Of a DNA stretch of 31,751 nucleotides, positions 7,241 through 17,246 are shown in pieces (within the stretch, counting starts at the first letter, position 1; the number at the start of each line of letters is the position of its first letter). Where the stretch lies: positions 1 through 31,751 of the forward strand of contig CAYRZG010000001.1 of NCBI GenBank assembly GCA_964428695.1, in the 5' to 3' direction. Source of the DNA: an uncultured Desulfurococcales archaeon (lineage in GTDB: Archaea > Thermoproteota > Thermoprotei_A > Sulfolobales > Acidilobaceae). The notes beneath the pieces were generated by a model. That model saw only the letters and a program-made list of their open reading frames with translations. It ran no database searches and was not told where the DNA came from. The translations under genes were made by a program, and so were the position numbers.

Positions 7241-8584
7241 GTGGAGGCGCCGAAGATTATCGTGGAACCCCCGGGTCCCAAGGCCAGGGAAATCCTAGAA
7301 AAAGACCAACAGCTAATCATGCAGAGCTTCGCCAGGTGGTATCCCCTCGTAGTAGACACGGCAGAAGGCGCGGTTGTAAGGGATGTTGACGGCAACACTT
7401 ACATTGACTTAAACAGTGGTCTAGCGGTCGTTAACGTCGGCCATAAGAACCCTAAGGTGGTCGAGGCGATAAAACGGCAGGCTGAGAAACTCATCCACTA
7501 CTCTCTCACAGACTTCTACTACGAAGAGGCAGTAGCCGCTGCCGAGAAGCTTGCTTCAATCGCGCCAATGAGTGGAGGTAAGAGGGTGTTCTTTACAAAC
7601 AGCGGTGCGGAAAGCGTCGAGGCGGTGCTAAAGATTGCAAGGGGCCACTTCCAGGGTGCAAGGCCTTATGTCATAGCGTTTCTGGGAGCCTTCCACGGAA
7701 GAACCTACGGTGCAATGAGCCTGACGGCGAGTAAGCCGATACAGCGTAAAGGGTTCTCGCCACTAGTGCCGAACGTCATACACGTGCCTTACCCCTACCC
7801 GTACCGCTGCCCGTTCCGAGCAGAAGACCCGCAGGAGTGTGGAGAAGCGGTTCTAGCCTACATAGAGGAATGGATATTTGGAAAGATGGTTGATCCCACG
7901 GAGGTTTCACTGATCATAGCTGAGCCGATCCAGGGTGAAGGCGGATACATAGTGCCGCCCGACAACTTCTGGCCGGGGCTTAGAAAGCTCGCGGACAAAC
8001 ACGGGATCCTCCTTGCAAGCGACGAGGTACAGGCAGGCATGGGTAGAACAGGCAAATGGTTCGCTATCGAACACTGGAACGTCGAGCCTGACCTAATAGC
8101 AGTCGCCAAGGGTATAGCCAACGGCCTCCCACTAGGTGCGGCCGTAGGGAAGGCAGAAGTAATGGACCTCCCCCCAGGATCCCATGCCAACACGTTCGGC
8201 GGGAACCCTGTAGCTTTGGCAGCGCTCCAAGCAGTTGTAGATTACATTAGGGAGAACAACCTCCTAGACAGGGCTGCTAGATTAGGCGAACAAGTTATAA
8301 AATATTTCAAGGATGCTGCGGAGGAGATCGAGCTAATCGGCGACGTTAGGGGCAAAGGCCTAATGATAGGAGTAGAACTAGTCCGCGATAGGGAGACCAA
8401 GGAGCCGGCGAAGAAGGAGCTAGCCGACCTCCTAACCAGGTGTTTCAAGCGTGGAGTCCTGGTGATAGGAGCGGGCGTTTCAACAATAAGGATAGCGCCT
8501 CCACTAACTATTGAGGAGGACCTACTATTCAGGGCATTGGATATTATAGTGGAGGAGCTCAGGAAGATTCAGTCGGGCACCTAA
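7241..8584 (+). CDS. Class III PLP aminotransferase (ornithine/4-aminobutyrate omega-aminotransferase-like)
   Basis: YIDLNSG, HYSLTDFYYE, NSGAES, FHGRT, EPIQGEGG, DEVQAGMGRTG, the PLP lysine in AVAKG, and NTFGGNP. Confidence 0.93.
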   Translation: MEAPKIIVEPPGPKAREILEKDQQLIMQSFARWYPLVVDTAEGAVVRDVDGNTYIDLNSGLAVVNVGHKNPKVVEAIKRQAEKLIHYSLTDFYYEEAVAAAEKLASIAPMSGGKRVFFTNSGAESVEAVLKIARGHFQGARPYVIAFLGAFHGRTYGAMSLTASKPIQRKGFSPLVPNVIHVPYPYPYRCPFRAEDPQECGEAVLAYIEEWIFGKMVDPTEVSLIIAEPIQGEGGYIVPPDNFWPGLRKLADKHGILLASDEVQAGMGRTGKWFAIEHWNVEPDLIAVAKGIANGLPLGAAVGKAEVMDLPPGSHANTFGGNPVALAALQAVVDYIRENNLLDRAARLGEQVIKYFKDAAEEIELIGDVRGKGLMIGVELVRDRETKEPAKKELADLLTRCFKRGVLVIGAGVSTIRIAPPLTIEEDLLFRALDIIVEELRKIQSGT

Positions 8585-8777
8585 CCGGCTTGTAGAGGAG
8601 CTTCCTCCTCTCATAATCAACCTCTTTTACAACTAGCCCCTCCCTAATAAGGTCGGCCAGCATCTTTCTAGCCTCCCTCTTATCGCCAGGCCCCAGGCGC
8701 GGGTGAAGATCCTCCCAGGCGCATTTACCGCATTCGCAGAGTAGTTTTAGCAGAGTCTCCCTATCCAAGCTCGCCAT
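8559..8777 (-). CDS. Small winged-helix protein (72 aa) downstream of reverse gyrase
   Basis: KREARKMLADLIREGLVVKEVDYERRKLLYK has a wHTH pattern; AGGTGG upstream of ATG 8777. Confidence 0.7.
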   Translation of the reverse strand: MASLDRETLLKLLCECGKCAWEDLHPRLGPGDKREARKMLADLIREGLVVKEVDYERRKLLYKPVRCPTESS

Positions 8778-8787
8778 AGCTGTCCAC

Positions 8788-11700
8788 CTACGTCTCAACA
8801 TTAGCCATGCTGCTGGCTGTCTCCACGAGGGTATTAACCTTCTCGTATATCTCTACGATTGCGTCAACAGGGTCCCTGGATCCGGCTTCGACCTCGGCTA
8901 GCACGGCTTCCATTCTCCTGCTAGTCTCCTCGGATACGAGATCGTAGAAGTTTGACACGAGGTAGTTGTAGACCTCTTTCCCGAGACTTGTAGGTATGAG
9001 GTAGCCGCGCCTCTTGCTCTCCACAATATAGCCGTGCCTCCTATTGGCCTCTATCGCCTTTGCATATGTGCTCGGCCTCCCGATTCCCCTCTCCCTCATT
9101 AGCCTGACAACGTCGCCACTCGTGTAGAGTCTTACAGGGCTAGCCCTCACAACCCTGACCTCTCGTACCAGTAGTCTGTCTCCTCTTTCAACCCTCTCCG
9201 CCCACGACTCCCATCGGGTTTCGTAGACTCGGGTGTAGCCCCAAGATGTGGGCCGCACGTTTACTGTAAACTCCTCTTCTAAGCTACCAATTCTAGCCTT
9301 AACCCTAGCCCTAACTATCCTGGCAGGCTTCATCTGACTGGCAATGAACCTCCGGAAGATTAAATCGTATAATTTCAGGTGGGCCCTCGTCAGCTTTATA
9401 GGAACCCTTAACGTGCCATCGTAAATCTTCCTCTCCAACTCCTCGACGTCTAGGGGTCTAGTGGGTCTTATCGCCTCATGGGCTCCACCCTCCCCCCAGC
9501 CCCTAGCCTGGAACTCGCCAGCCATTCCGTGGCGCTCAAGGTATTCCCTGGCAATACTGATGCCGGCCGAGGATACTCTAGTCGAGTCTGTCCTATGGTA
9601 TGTTATGAGTCCGCTCTCGAATAGATCCTGGGCTAGCTTCATTGTAAGCCTGGCACTGTAACCGTATCTCTTTGAGGCCTCGTAGATTAGAGAGTCGGTA
9701 GTGAATGGTGGTGGGGGATTAGAATCCTCCTCCCACAACTCTACCTCTAGTATCTCCACGTAGCCTGCCTCAGCGGACCTTGCCGCTTCACCCTTATCCC
9801 TGGTGTAGAACCTCGCCCTCCAGCCAACCTCTGTATCAGCAACTACCAGGTAGCCGCGTTCTCTCCTCCACTCCTCGTACCTGTCGATTATCCACCCAAG
9901 CACTGGGGTCTGGACCCTCCCAGCGCCGAGCCAGCTCTTCCCATATACCGCCCAGAGGTGTTTGGAGAGCATGAAGCCTATCCACCTATCTTCTACCCTC
10001 CTAACAATCTGTGCCTCGACGAGGTGCCTGTCGATTTCGCTGGCGTTGCGTAGAGCCTCGAGGACAGCCCTCCTAGTCACCTCGTGGAACCTGCCCCTCT
10101 TGATCCTGGGATTGTAGGGTTTGAGGGCGAGGTAGACGTCCCAGGCTATCTTCTCCCCCTCCCTGTCCGGGTCGCTTGCAATAACTATCTCGTCAACCTG
10201 CGTCGCCAGCTTTCTAAGAGTTGAGACTATCGTAGAAGCATCAACCACCCTCGTGGAACCGCACCGTGGGCAAGGCTTGGGGCCTGCATACTGGTATCCA
10301 CAGTCTAGGCATCTCTTAACACTATCATATACTGGGCTAACCTTTCCATCCTCTAATATCACGCCGTCGAAGCCGACATCCTCGATAGTCAGATCGTAGA
10401 GGTGTCCCCTGGTAGCAGTAATTGTGAGGAGGTATACTGTTCCCGTCTCCGGATCCAGCGCGCTGGTCTCATATATCGTTAGCCTGCCTGACCTTCTCTT
10501 ACTAGGTCTACCCCAGAACCACGCTATTGTCCTTGCCTTTGTGGGAGACTCCACTATTAATAGGAGTGTCTTAACGTTAACCCGTTTTCCGCCACCCTTC
10601 CTGCTAGTTTCGATTCTCTCGATCTCCTTGCCGACGTCTAGCTCTGACAACTCCACGAACCTTGTCGAGGTGTAGTATTGGAGTCTTTCCTCAAGAGCCC
10701 TAATTCTTGCCTCGTTCTCGTCTACTACAATGCTGAGCCCGTGAGTCATTGCACCGTTTAGCAGCCTGCTCGTCCTGCCGCTAGCCTGGATGTAGGTAGG
10801 AGCATCCGGTATGATAACCCAGAGTCTATCGTCGCTCCTCTCCACCACTATTCCTCCGATTCTAACAGGCCCCCTGCTTGCTTCGTCTAGGAGCTTGTGC
10901 TTGGCATAGCTCGCCGCCTCAGCCATCGCGTCAACAAGATCCTTTAGGAGTCCCTCCGGCTTGACCCTACCCTTGTAGGCGGCTGTCACAATCGAGTAGT
11001 CTGTTATCCTGTCTAGCATTGTCCGGATCCTCTTAATGTACTCGTTGGCCTTCACGTCACCCCGATCTGCTAGGTAGAAGAGTATTGCCAGAAGCCTCCT
11101 AGGGCTCGCGACGGCATCGTCGTAGCTCATCTTCCTTGCAGGTACGCCCAGGAATACGGCGTACCTAATCCTCTCCGGGAGGTCCAACCCCCGGACTATA
11201 ACACCATACCTGCTGGCAACACCAACTATAACGTCAACCTCGCCGTTTGCAAGCTTCTCAACAGCCCTCCTCCCACCGGATAGCGCGAGTGCAACCCTTA
11301 CTCCCTCAGCCTCTAGCTTGGCCTTCACAATCCTGGCAGCCTGCTTACCGTAGAGCTGGGACACGAATACAACGCCGCCAGACCCTAACATGGAAACAAT
11401 GCGAGGCAGCTCTTCTATTACGCTCTCTGAGACTATGTATGAGTCTGTAACATCCCTTAGGTAGTCCGAGCCTCCACCTACCTCAAATCCTAGGAGTTCT
11501 CTGAAGATCAGGTGCTTAGACCCCCGTGGCCTGCCGGTGGCGCTTGCTATAACCAGCTGGCCAGGCTCTTCGGGTATCTCCTCGGATAGCCTCCTCTCTA
11601 ACTCGGCGATTTGAGCCTCAAGTTCTTCGACAGCATCCTTTTTCCCCGCGGCTAGGAGGGTGTATAGCTTTAGCTTGTACTTCACGAGCCTCTCAGCCGC

Positions 11701-12402
11701 CTCGACAGCCTCGGGTGGAAAGCCTAGTAGTAGAAGCACTCTATCGATATTCTTGCTGTTCCTAAGCAGGCTATCGACATCGTCAACTATAATGAGGTTG
11801 AATGGTCCAAGAGGCTTCAGCAGGTCGAATCTCCGCTGTAGGAAGCCGGTAGTAACAATTAGTATCCTCCAATCCCCCCTACTAATCCGCTCCAAAGCCT
11901 CCTCTCTCAACCTCTTAGCCATAGACGAATAATAGTAGGCCACAGCGTCCTCTCCGGCTAGCCTCGTAATTCGAGACGCCACCTGCCTGGCGAGGTTCTC
12001 GGTTGGTACGAGGTATAGTATCCTCCACCCATCTCTAGCCGCCCTAAAAGAGGCGTAGGCCTGCAGCAGTGTGGTTTTCCCGACACCGGTTGGAGCGATG
12101 ATTGCAAGGCTCTCCAGGGATAGGAGTCTTCTAGCCCAACTCCTCTGCGCACTCCAGAGGCTCGACCCGGTCTTCTTTTCGAAGAACCTAGAGAACTCGG
12201 AATACTCTACCTCTAGATCGTATAGCCACAGGTATCCCCAGAGCCTTTCCCTAGACGCTAGCTCCCTAGCTATCTCCTCCACGCCGGCAGGCCGTTCTCC
12301 AGGGTAGCAGGCAGCGCAGGGGAGGCCCCTCTCCAGCCTGGACGCTGCAATGTCTCCTCCGCAGTTTGGGCACATTGCCTTGTAGACCGGGTCGAGCCTC
12401 AT
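8788..12402 (-). CDS. rgy: Reverse gyrase
   Basis: Zn finger CPNC...CAAC, APTGVGKT, DDVD, YIQASGRTSR, second Zn finger CLDC..CPRC, DPDREGE, and the catalytic Tyr in ITYHRTDS. Confidence 0.98.
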   Translation of the reverse strand: MRLDPVYKAMCPNCGGDIAASRLERGLPCAACYPGERPAGVEEIARELASRERLWGYLWLYDLEVEYSEFSRFFEKKTGSSLWSAQRSWARRLLSLESLAIIAPTGVGKTTLLQAYASFRAARDGWRILYLVPTENLARQVASRITRLAGEDAVAYYYSSMAKRLREEALERISRGDWRILIVTTGFLQRRFDLLKPLGPFNLIIVDDVDSLLRNSKNIDRVLLLLGFPPEAVEAAERLVKYKLKLYTLLAAGKKDAVEELEAQIAELERRLSEEIPEEPGQLVIASATGRPRGSKHLIFRELLGFEVGGGSDYLRDVTDSYIVSESVIEELPRIVSMLGSGGVVFVSQLYGKQAARIVKAKLEAEGVRVALALSGGRRAVEKLANGEVDVIVGVASRYGVIVRGLDLPERIRYAVFLGVPARKMSYDDAVASPRRLLAILFYLADRGDVKANEYIKRIRTMLDRITDYSIVTAAYKGRVKPEGLLKDLVDAMAEAASYAKHKLLDEASRGPVRIGGIVVERSDDRLWVIIPDAPTYIQASGRTSRLLNGAMTHGLSIVVDENEARIRALEERLQYYTSTRFVELSELDVGKEIERIETSRKGGGKRVNVKTLLLIVESPTKARTIAWFWGRPSKRRSGRLTIYETSALDPETGTVYLLTITATRGHLYDLTIEDVGFDGVILEDGKVSPVYDSVKRCLDCGYQYAGPKPCPRCGSTRVVDASTIVSTLRKLATQVDEIVIASDPDREGEKIAWDVYLALKPYNPRIKRGRFHEVTRRAVLEALRNASEIDRHLVEAQIVRRVEDRWIGFMLSKHLWAVYGKSWLGAGRVQTPVLGWIIDRYEEWRRERGYLVVADTEVGWRARFYTRDKGEAARSAEAGYVEILEVELWEEDSNPPPPFTTDSLIYEASKRYGYSARLTMKLAQDLFESGLITYHRTDSTRVSSAGISIAREYLERHGMAGEFQARGWGEGGAHEAIRPTRPLDVEELERKIYDGTLRVPIKLTRAHLKLYDLIFRRFIASQMKPARIVRARVKARIGSLEEEFTVNVRPTSWGYTRVYETRWESWAERVERGDRLLVREVRVVRASPVRLYTSGDVVRLMRERGIGRPSTYAKAIEANRRHGYIVESKRRGYLIPTSLGKEVYNYLVSNFYDLVSEETSRRMEAVLAEVEAGSRDPVDAIVEIYEKVNTLVETASSMANVET

Positions 12403-12576
12403 ATTGTGGCACCCTCTAGCCTCTTGCCGTATTCTAGATTCTGCGGGATAGGTGGTTAGAGGAGGGGGTGCCCGGTATCACTCCGGTTACATTCAGCGAG
12501 GCGTCTGTGAAGGGGCACTCGAGGGAGAAATATGTGATGGATTAAAATAGTGCTAGGAGGATGGGGGTTGAGTGGG

Positions 12577-12957
12577 TTAGCCCTCTACTACCTTGATCTC
12601 CTTCCTGGCCTCCCAGAGGCCGTGTAGGTTGCAGTAGCTTATAGCGTAGAGTGTGCCGCTCTTCTCTAGCACTACTTTTACGCTAGCCTCTGCGACAGTG
12701 TAGCCGGGCTCCCACTCTATCTTAGCAACCCTAACCGGGTTGAAGGGTCTGCCCTCCTCGTAGAACCATAGCTCGACGTAGCGGATCGAATGCTGCGGCT
12801 TCATCTCGTGGGGGCCTACAGTTATCCTTACCTCAAAGGGCTCTCCTTTCTTGACAGTGTCGGGGGCCTCAATCTTTGGAGTGTGCGTCTCGGCCTTGGA
12901 GATGACCTGCTGGGGGGCCTCCTCCTGGCTGTAGATTAGCTCGCTGAACTTGGGCAT
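12577..12957 (-). CDS. sor: 1Fe superoxide reductase (neelaredoxin / class II SORL)
   Basis: ETHTP, PHEMKPQHSI and YCNLHGLW iron-ligand motifs; GGAGGTGA 8 nt before ATG 12957. Confidence 0.88.
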   Translation of the reverse strand: MPKFSELIYSQEEAPQQVISKAETHTPKIEAPDTVKKGEPFEVRITVGPHEMKPQHSIRYVELWFYEEGRPFNPVRVAKIEWEPGYTVAEASVKVVLEKSGTLYAISYCNLHGLWEARKEIKVVEG

Positions 12958-13063
12958 CCCATCGTTCACCTCCGGCTCTCGTCGCTGAAAATGGGGCCTG
13001 TTCGAGGAGATATAGCTTTGTTAGGATATGTACATGAGAGGTTATGGGGAGTTTCCAGTTCTT

Positions 13064-13582
13064 TCAATTATCTGTAGCAGATAAGATAAGCACTGGCGCC
13101 AGTGTTAGCCCTATGCTTATAGCGCCTCCTGTAAAGAGTGCTAGCGAAGCCTTCCAACCCCTAAACCCTAGGGCTCTCGCCGCGAGGGCTCCGCTGTACA
13201 CTCCAGTCATGGGCAGGGGGACGGCAACGAATATTACTAGACCAATAAGCTTGAGCTGCTCCACGTGTCGGCGAGCCCTGTTGGCGCTAGACGCCTCGAT
13301 CCTCGCTAGAATACGGGAGAGCTTCTCCGCTACCTTAATCCTGCTGGAGAGCCTCTCTAACAGGCTAATAGCGTAATCCACTAGCCACGGTAGCCCCATC
13401 GATAGTATTGCGAGCGCGGCAAGGCTGGCTGCAAGGCTAGCTATTGGCCCTACATCCAGGAGGGTGACTCCGATTAAAACACCGTAGCGGGGTTCAACAA
13501 CGGGTAGCAGGGATAGGATGAAGACCGCCAGCCTAGGGTCGACGAGTTCAGCCAGTCTAATAGCCAGGGTTTCAACCGGCAA
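13064..13582 (-). CDS. COG2426-like membrane protein (putative small multidrug export protein)
   Basis: LSLLPVVEPRYGV and FVAVPLPMTGVYSG family motifs; several TM helices. Confidence 0.8.
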   Translation of the reverse strand: MPVETLAIRLAELVDPRLAVFILSLLPVVEPRYGVLIGVTLLDVGPIASLAASLAALAILSMGLPWLVDYAISLLERLSSRIKVAEKLSRILARIEASSANRARRHVEQLKLIGLVIFVAVPLPMTGVYSGALAARALGFRGWKASLALFTGGAISIGLTLAPVLILSATDN

Positions 13583-14249
13583 GCCTATCCACCCGTGTTG
13601 AGAGGAAGTAGGCTAGCGGCGAGGCCGCGAACGCTCCGATGGCTGCCGCTAGGATAGCTTCTAGTAACACGGGCTCGGGGGGTGAAAACGCTAGGGCACT
13701 TATAGAGGCCGCCCCGCCAACCGCCAGGACGGCGTCGGACAACCTAAGCCTATACAATAAGCCCGCTGCAACACCGGAAGCGGCGAGTACTATGCCGAAC
13801 AACGCCAGTGTAATGCTTTGAGCCATCAATATGATAGCCAGGCCTGCTACAATCTCGATTATAGAGGCGACTATCCTAGAAGTAGACACGTATCTGGCTA
13901 GAGCCCTATACGTGGGCAGAATCGTGGAGAGTAGCCTGTCTAAGCGAATGATGGCTCCGGCCGCGCTAGCCATCTCGGCCGCGGAGACGGCCGACGATAA
14001 ACGTTCAACCTCGGCTTCGATACTCTGGGGCCTCTTCCACCCTGTCAGGGAGGAGATCCTTAGGATCTCCTCATAGAAGTCCACAAGCTCGGATATCCTA
14101 TCCCTAATATAGGCCCATTCCTCGTTTTCCGACGCGAGCTTCGAGGCCTTCCCGAGGGCATAGTATAGGCGTTCCGCCCCCGAAACTAGAGGAGCAGACA
14201 ATGCGACCACCGGGAGGCTAGAAGAACTCCTCGTAGTACCTGTTTTCAA
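13572..14249 (-). CDS. Hypothetical membrane protein (helical N-domain plus about 4 TM helices); true start probably near 14200-14215
   Basis: Hydrophobic C-terminal half; overlaps both neighbours in a same-strand operon. Confidence 0.7.
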   Translation of the reverse strand: MKTGTTRSSSSLPVVALSAPLVSGAERLYYALGKASKLASENEEWAYIRDRISELVDFYEEILRISSLTGWKRPQSIEAEVERLSSAVSAAEMASAAGAIIRLDRLLSTILPTYRALARYVSTSRIVASIIEIVAGLAIILMAQSITLALFGIVLAASGVAAGLLYRLRLSDAVLAVGGAASISALAFSPPEPVLLEAILAAAIGAFAASPLAYFLSTRVDRLAG

Positions 14250-17088
14250 TGTAGCGGGCAGCGTTTAGTATTAGTAGTCTCAAGGCTTCGATGGGCACAT
14301 AGTAGTGTACAACAGACAAGTCATCCCTGCCGTCGGAGTCATATGCGGATATTATCTTGACACTATAGGCTTCCCTGGGCAGCTTCTGGGCTATTCTATC
14401 CCAGTTCCTCATTACATCTGCTGGTTTGAGTATTATCTCTATAGGCTTCTGGCCGGGAGCACTCCTAATATATATCCTAAGGGGCTCGTTCAACCTTCTG
14501 GGCTTGAAGGAGTCCTCGTACTCCTCCATGCTGGCCAGTTCCTCGAGGTCTTTTAGCAGCGCCCATCGTACCTCTCCAGTGTCGACGTCGATGAATGACA
14601 CTACCCTAATGTCTCCGTACTCGGGCTTCCTCATCTCCTTGAGCTTGGACTCAACGGTCTTCTCAGCCAAGTCTAGGATGTCGGCAAGGTCGATTACTGT
14701 TAGGCTGACCCCCTCCAACTCCCTAGCTATACGGGTAGCTAGGTCCGGCAGCCATGGTCTTATCGAAGGCTGCATCATTATCTCTCTCGCTATGGGTGTT
14801 AGGCCGCTGATCATGGGGACTACTATTCTCACCTTCCCCTCCCTCAGCTTTCTTAGAAACTCTACAGCCCCCTCAATGTCTAGATACTCGTCTATCACCT
14901 GCCTTTTTGCCTCCTCTATTAGGAACTCGTCGAGTTCGGGGTCGACCGAGCCTATCTTGCCGAAAGATAACTGTATCTCCCTAACAGTCTGGTAGAGGTA
15001 TGGGCTCCTCTCCAGCGCTGTTAGGATAATGTCTTCTAGCTCCTCTGGGTCAATTGACCTGAGTAGTTCAAGAGGGTCGAGGTCTCCTACGTAAACGCTG
15101 AAGCCCGCATAGCTTGCTCTGTAGTAGACTCCCATTCCCACTTTCTTGGAGGCTAGGTGAGTTATTGCAAGGGCTAGGGTCTCGGCGGCGCCCGAGCCTA
15201 TGAATGCTGTGAAGATGTGCTCCTCACCATACCTCTCATAGATTAGGAGTTCTTCCAGGCGGGAACCGTCTGTTACGCTCCTATACTTCCTCCTCCACTC
15301 CTCTAGGACTCTCCTAGTGTTCCCGTCGAGCCTCACACCCTCAATGCTGGATCCGCTGATTATGGAGGCCAGGCTCTCCGCTATCAGCCTGCTCCTCCTG
15401 GGGCCTTCGCCCCTCCATAGAGGGATCTCCGCGTGGCTCTTCTCGGGCTCCACGTCTATGCGTGCAAGGTTCTCGTCTATCCTCTTCACCCTCCAAGATC
15501 TCCCTGCAAGCCGGATCGTGTCGCCTACGCGGAGGTGCTTGTAAACGAAGACTGAGTCTATCATGCCAACAACCTTGTCACCATACTTGACTGTGAAGCT
15601 ATCCCTCTCGCTTATCATCGAGAAGAACTCGGAGAAACTCCTGCTCCACCAGGCCTTCTGCCCGTTGTCGCCTCTAAACTTCCATATCTTGTAGAATGTT
15701 GGGCCAACCCTTATCTTGGCGTCCTCGCCTTCACCCTCTATCTTTACGAGCTTATTCTCCTCCATATATTCTAGTAGAGCTTCGATATCCTCTCTTGTGA
15801 CGCCTGTCAAGTGTTGGATCGGCTCGAACAAGTCGAATATCTCCCTGAGTGCTACCTGCTTCTTGGAGAGAGCCATTCCAACGATCTGCCTGGCTACCAC
15901 GTCTAGCGGCAGGCGGGGGAGCGAGACGTTCTCAACGACACCCTTATATGCTAGCACGGCGGTCGCCACAGACTCCATGGCGTCGTGGCTGTCAGTCGTT
16001 AGGATATAGCCAACCGGGACCCCGCCCACCGTGTGCCCGCTCCTACCTATCCTCTGGAGGAGGCTGGAAACCCTGCCTGGCGCCTTCACCTGAACTACCG
16101 CCTTAACCTTCCCAACATCTATGCCTACTTCAAGTGTTTTCGTGCATACTATAGCAGAGATCTCGCCCCTCCTCAGCTTCTCCTCGGCTTCTTCCCTCAG
16201 CTCTGCCGAGACGCTCGAGTGGTGGACGAAGACGTCTTCTATTCCAAGGTCCTCGAGAGCCGTCTTCACCTGCTCGGCGGCAAACCTGCTGTTAACGAAT
16301 ACTAGTATTGGCTTGTTGCTCCTTGCTATCTCAGCTATTCTCCTAGCAAGCCCGGTCCACGGGTCCCCCCTAGAGCCGATCATTTCAACGTATATGATGG
16401 GCTTCTTCCTAGTATCGCTGGAGACGTAGGCTTTCACACGCTTACTCGTACCAGATAGTAGCGAGATGACTCTCTCCGGGTCCCCGACTGTTGCTGAGAG
16501 AGCCACTACTTGGAAGTCGTAACGGGAGATCCTCCTAAGCCTCTCCAGGAGGACTAGTAGCTGGGCTCCACGCTTGCCAGTCATAAACTCGTGGACCTCG
16601 TCTACTACAACATATTGTAGGTTAGCGTAGTGGCTTCTAAACTTAGGAGCCCAGTCGAGGTCTATCTCTAGGCTCTCGGGAGTAGTGATCAGTATGTGCG
16701 GTACACTCCTATGCCTCCTATTCCTCTCCCTGGCAGGCGTATCTCCATGTTTCCTGGCTACGCGGAAGCCGAGGGGCTCGGCCAGGCTACGGATCCTCAT
16801 GTATAGGTCGTTGATCAGTGCTTTCATAGGAGTAATGTAGAGGAGAGTCACAGGCTTAGGCTTGCTAACCGTCATCTTCGACAGTATCGGGAGCAGCGCG
16901 GCCTCCGTCTTACCTTCACCGGTCGGAGCCATTACTAGCGTATTGGCTCCAGACGCTATGATGGGTATTGACTTCTCCTGTATATCCGTTAGAGCCTCCC
17001 AGCCCCTCCTGGCTATTAGCCTCCGCACAGAGTCATGCAGCACTCCCAGGGCTCCAGCCTCTCTCCCTCTACTCTCCAGCCTCTCCAT
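14218..17088 (-). CDS. lhr: Lhr-like SF2 DEAD/DEAH helicase
   Basis: APTGEGKT, HGDT, TTPESL, DEVH, LSAT, HHSS, LEVGIDVG, QRIGRSGH and IPLWRGE motifs. Confidence 0.92.
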   Translation of the reverse strand: MERLESRGREAGALGVLHDSVRRLIARRGWEALTDIQEKSIPIIASGANTLVMAPTGEGKTEAALLPILSKMTVSKPKPVTLLYITPMKALINDLYMRIRSLAEPLGFRVARKHGDTPARERNRRHRSVPHILITTPESLEIDLDWAPKFRSHYANLQYVVVDEVHEFMTGKRGAQLLVLLERLRRISRYDFQVVALSATVGDPERVISLLSGTSKRVKAYVSSDTRKKPIIYVEMIGSRGDPWTGLARRIAEIARSNKPILVFVNSRFAAEQVKTALEDLGIEDVFVHHSSVSAELREEAEEKLRRGEISAIVCTKTLEVGIDVGKVKAVVQVKAPGRVSSLLQRIGRSGHTVGGVPVGYILTTDSHDAMESVATAVLAYKGVVENVSLPRLPLDVVARQIVGMALSKKQVALREIFDLFEPIQHLTGVTREDIEALLEYMEENKLVKIEGEGEDAKIRVGPTFYKIWKFRGDNGQKAWWSRSFSEFFSMISERDSFTVKYGDKVVGMIDSVFVYKHLRVGDTIRLAGRSWRVKRIDENLARIDVEPEKSHAEIPLWRGEGPRRSRLIAESLASIISGSSIEGVRLDGNTRRVLEEWRRKYRSVTDGSRLEELLIYERYGEEHIFTAFIGSGAAETLALAITHLASKKVGMGVYYRASYAGFSVYVGDLDPLELLRSIDPEELEDIILTALERSPYLYQTVREIQLSFGKIGSVDPELDEFLIEEAKRQVIDEYLDIEGAVEFLRKLREGKVRIVVPMISGLTPIAREIMMQPSIRPWLPDLATRIARELEGVSLTVIDLADILDLAEKTVESKLKEMRKPEYGDIRVVSFIDVDTGEVRWALLKDLEELASMEEYEDSFKPRRLNEPLRIYIRSAPGQKPIEIILKPADVMRNWDRIAQKLPREAYSVKIISAYDSDGRDDLSVVHYYVPIEALRLLILNAARYIENRYYEEFF

Positions 17089-17246
17089 GTTTCGCCAACA
17101 CCTTGCCCTCTACTCTACCTTCACCTGGATGCTATCCTAGTGGGGTATCGCATATGCAGTCAGTGTAGCCCAAAGCGAGGTAGCCCGCCCGCCTTATTAA
17201 CCTTTAAATCAGTCTAGAGCACCGCTTCCATGGAAGGAGTAAAGCC

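Noticed and set aside
7165-7398. N-terminal extension of the 141-aa ORF
   Set aside because: It crosses the divergent promoter and is antisense to the aminotransferase start.
12466-12520. 8-bp stem (GTGCCC/GGGCAC core) with CTGA...GTGATA on the - strand, upstream of rgy
   Set aside because: No box C, box D or ACA at the expected spacing. It could be a leader or terminator structure, but I cannot support an ncRNA call.
17089-17246. lhr-ubiD gap examined for an sRNA
   Set aside because: Only isolated CTGA motifs plus TATA-like TTATTAA/TTTAAA, consistent with a divergent promoter.
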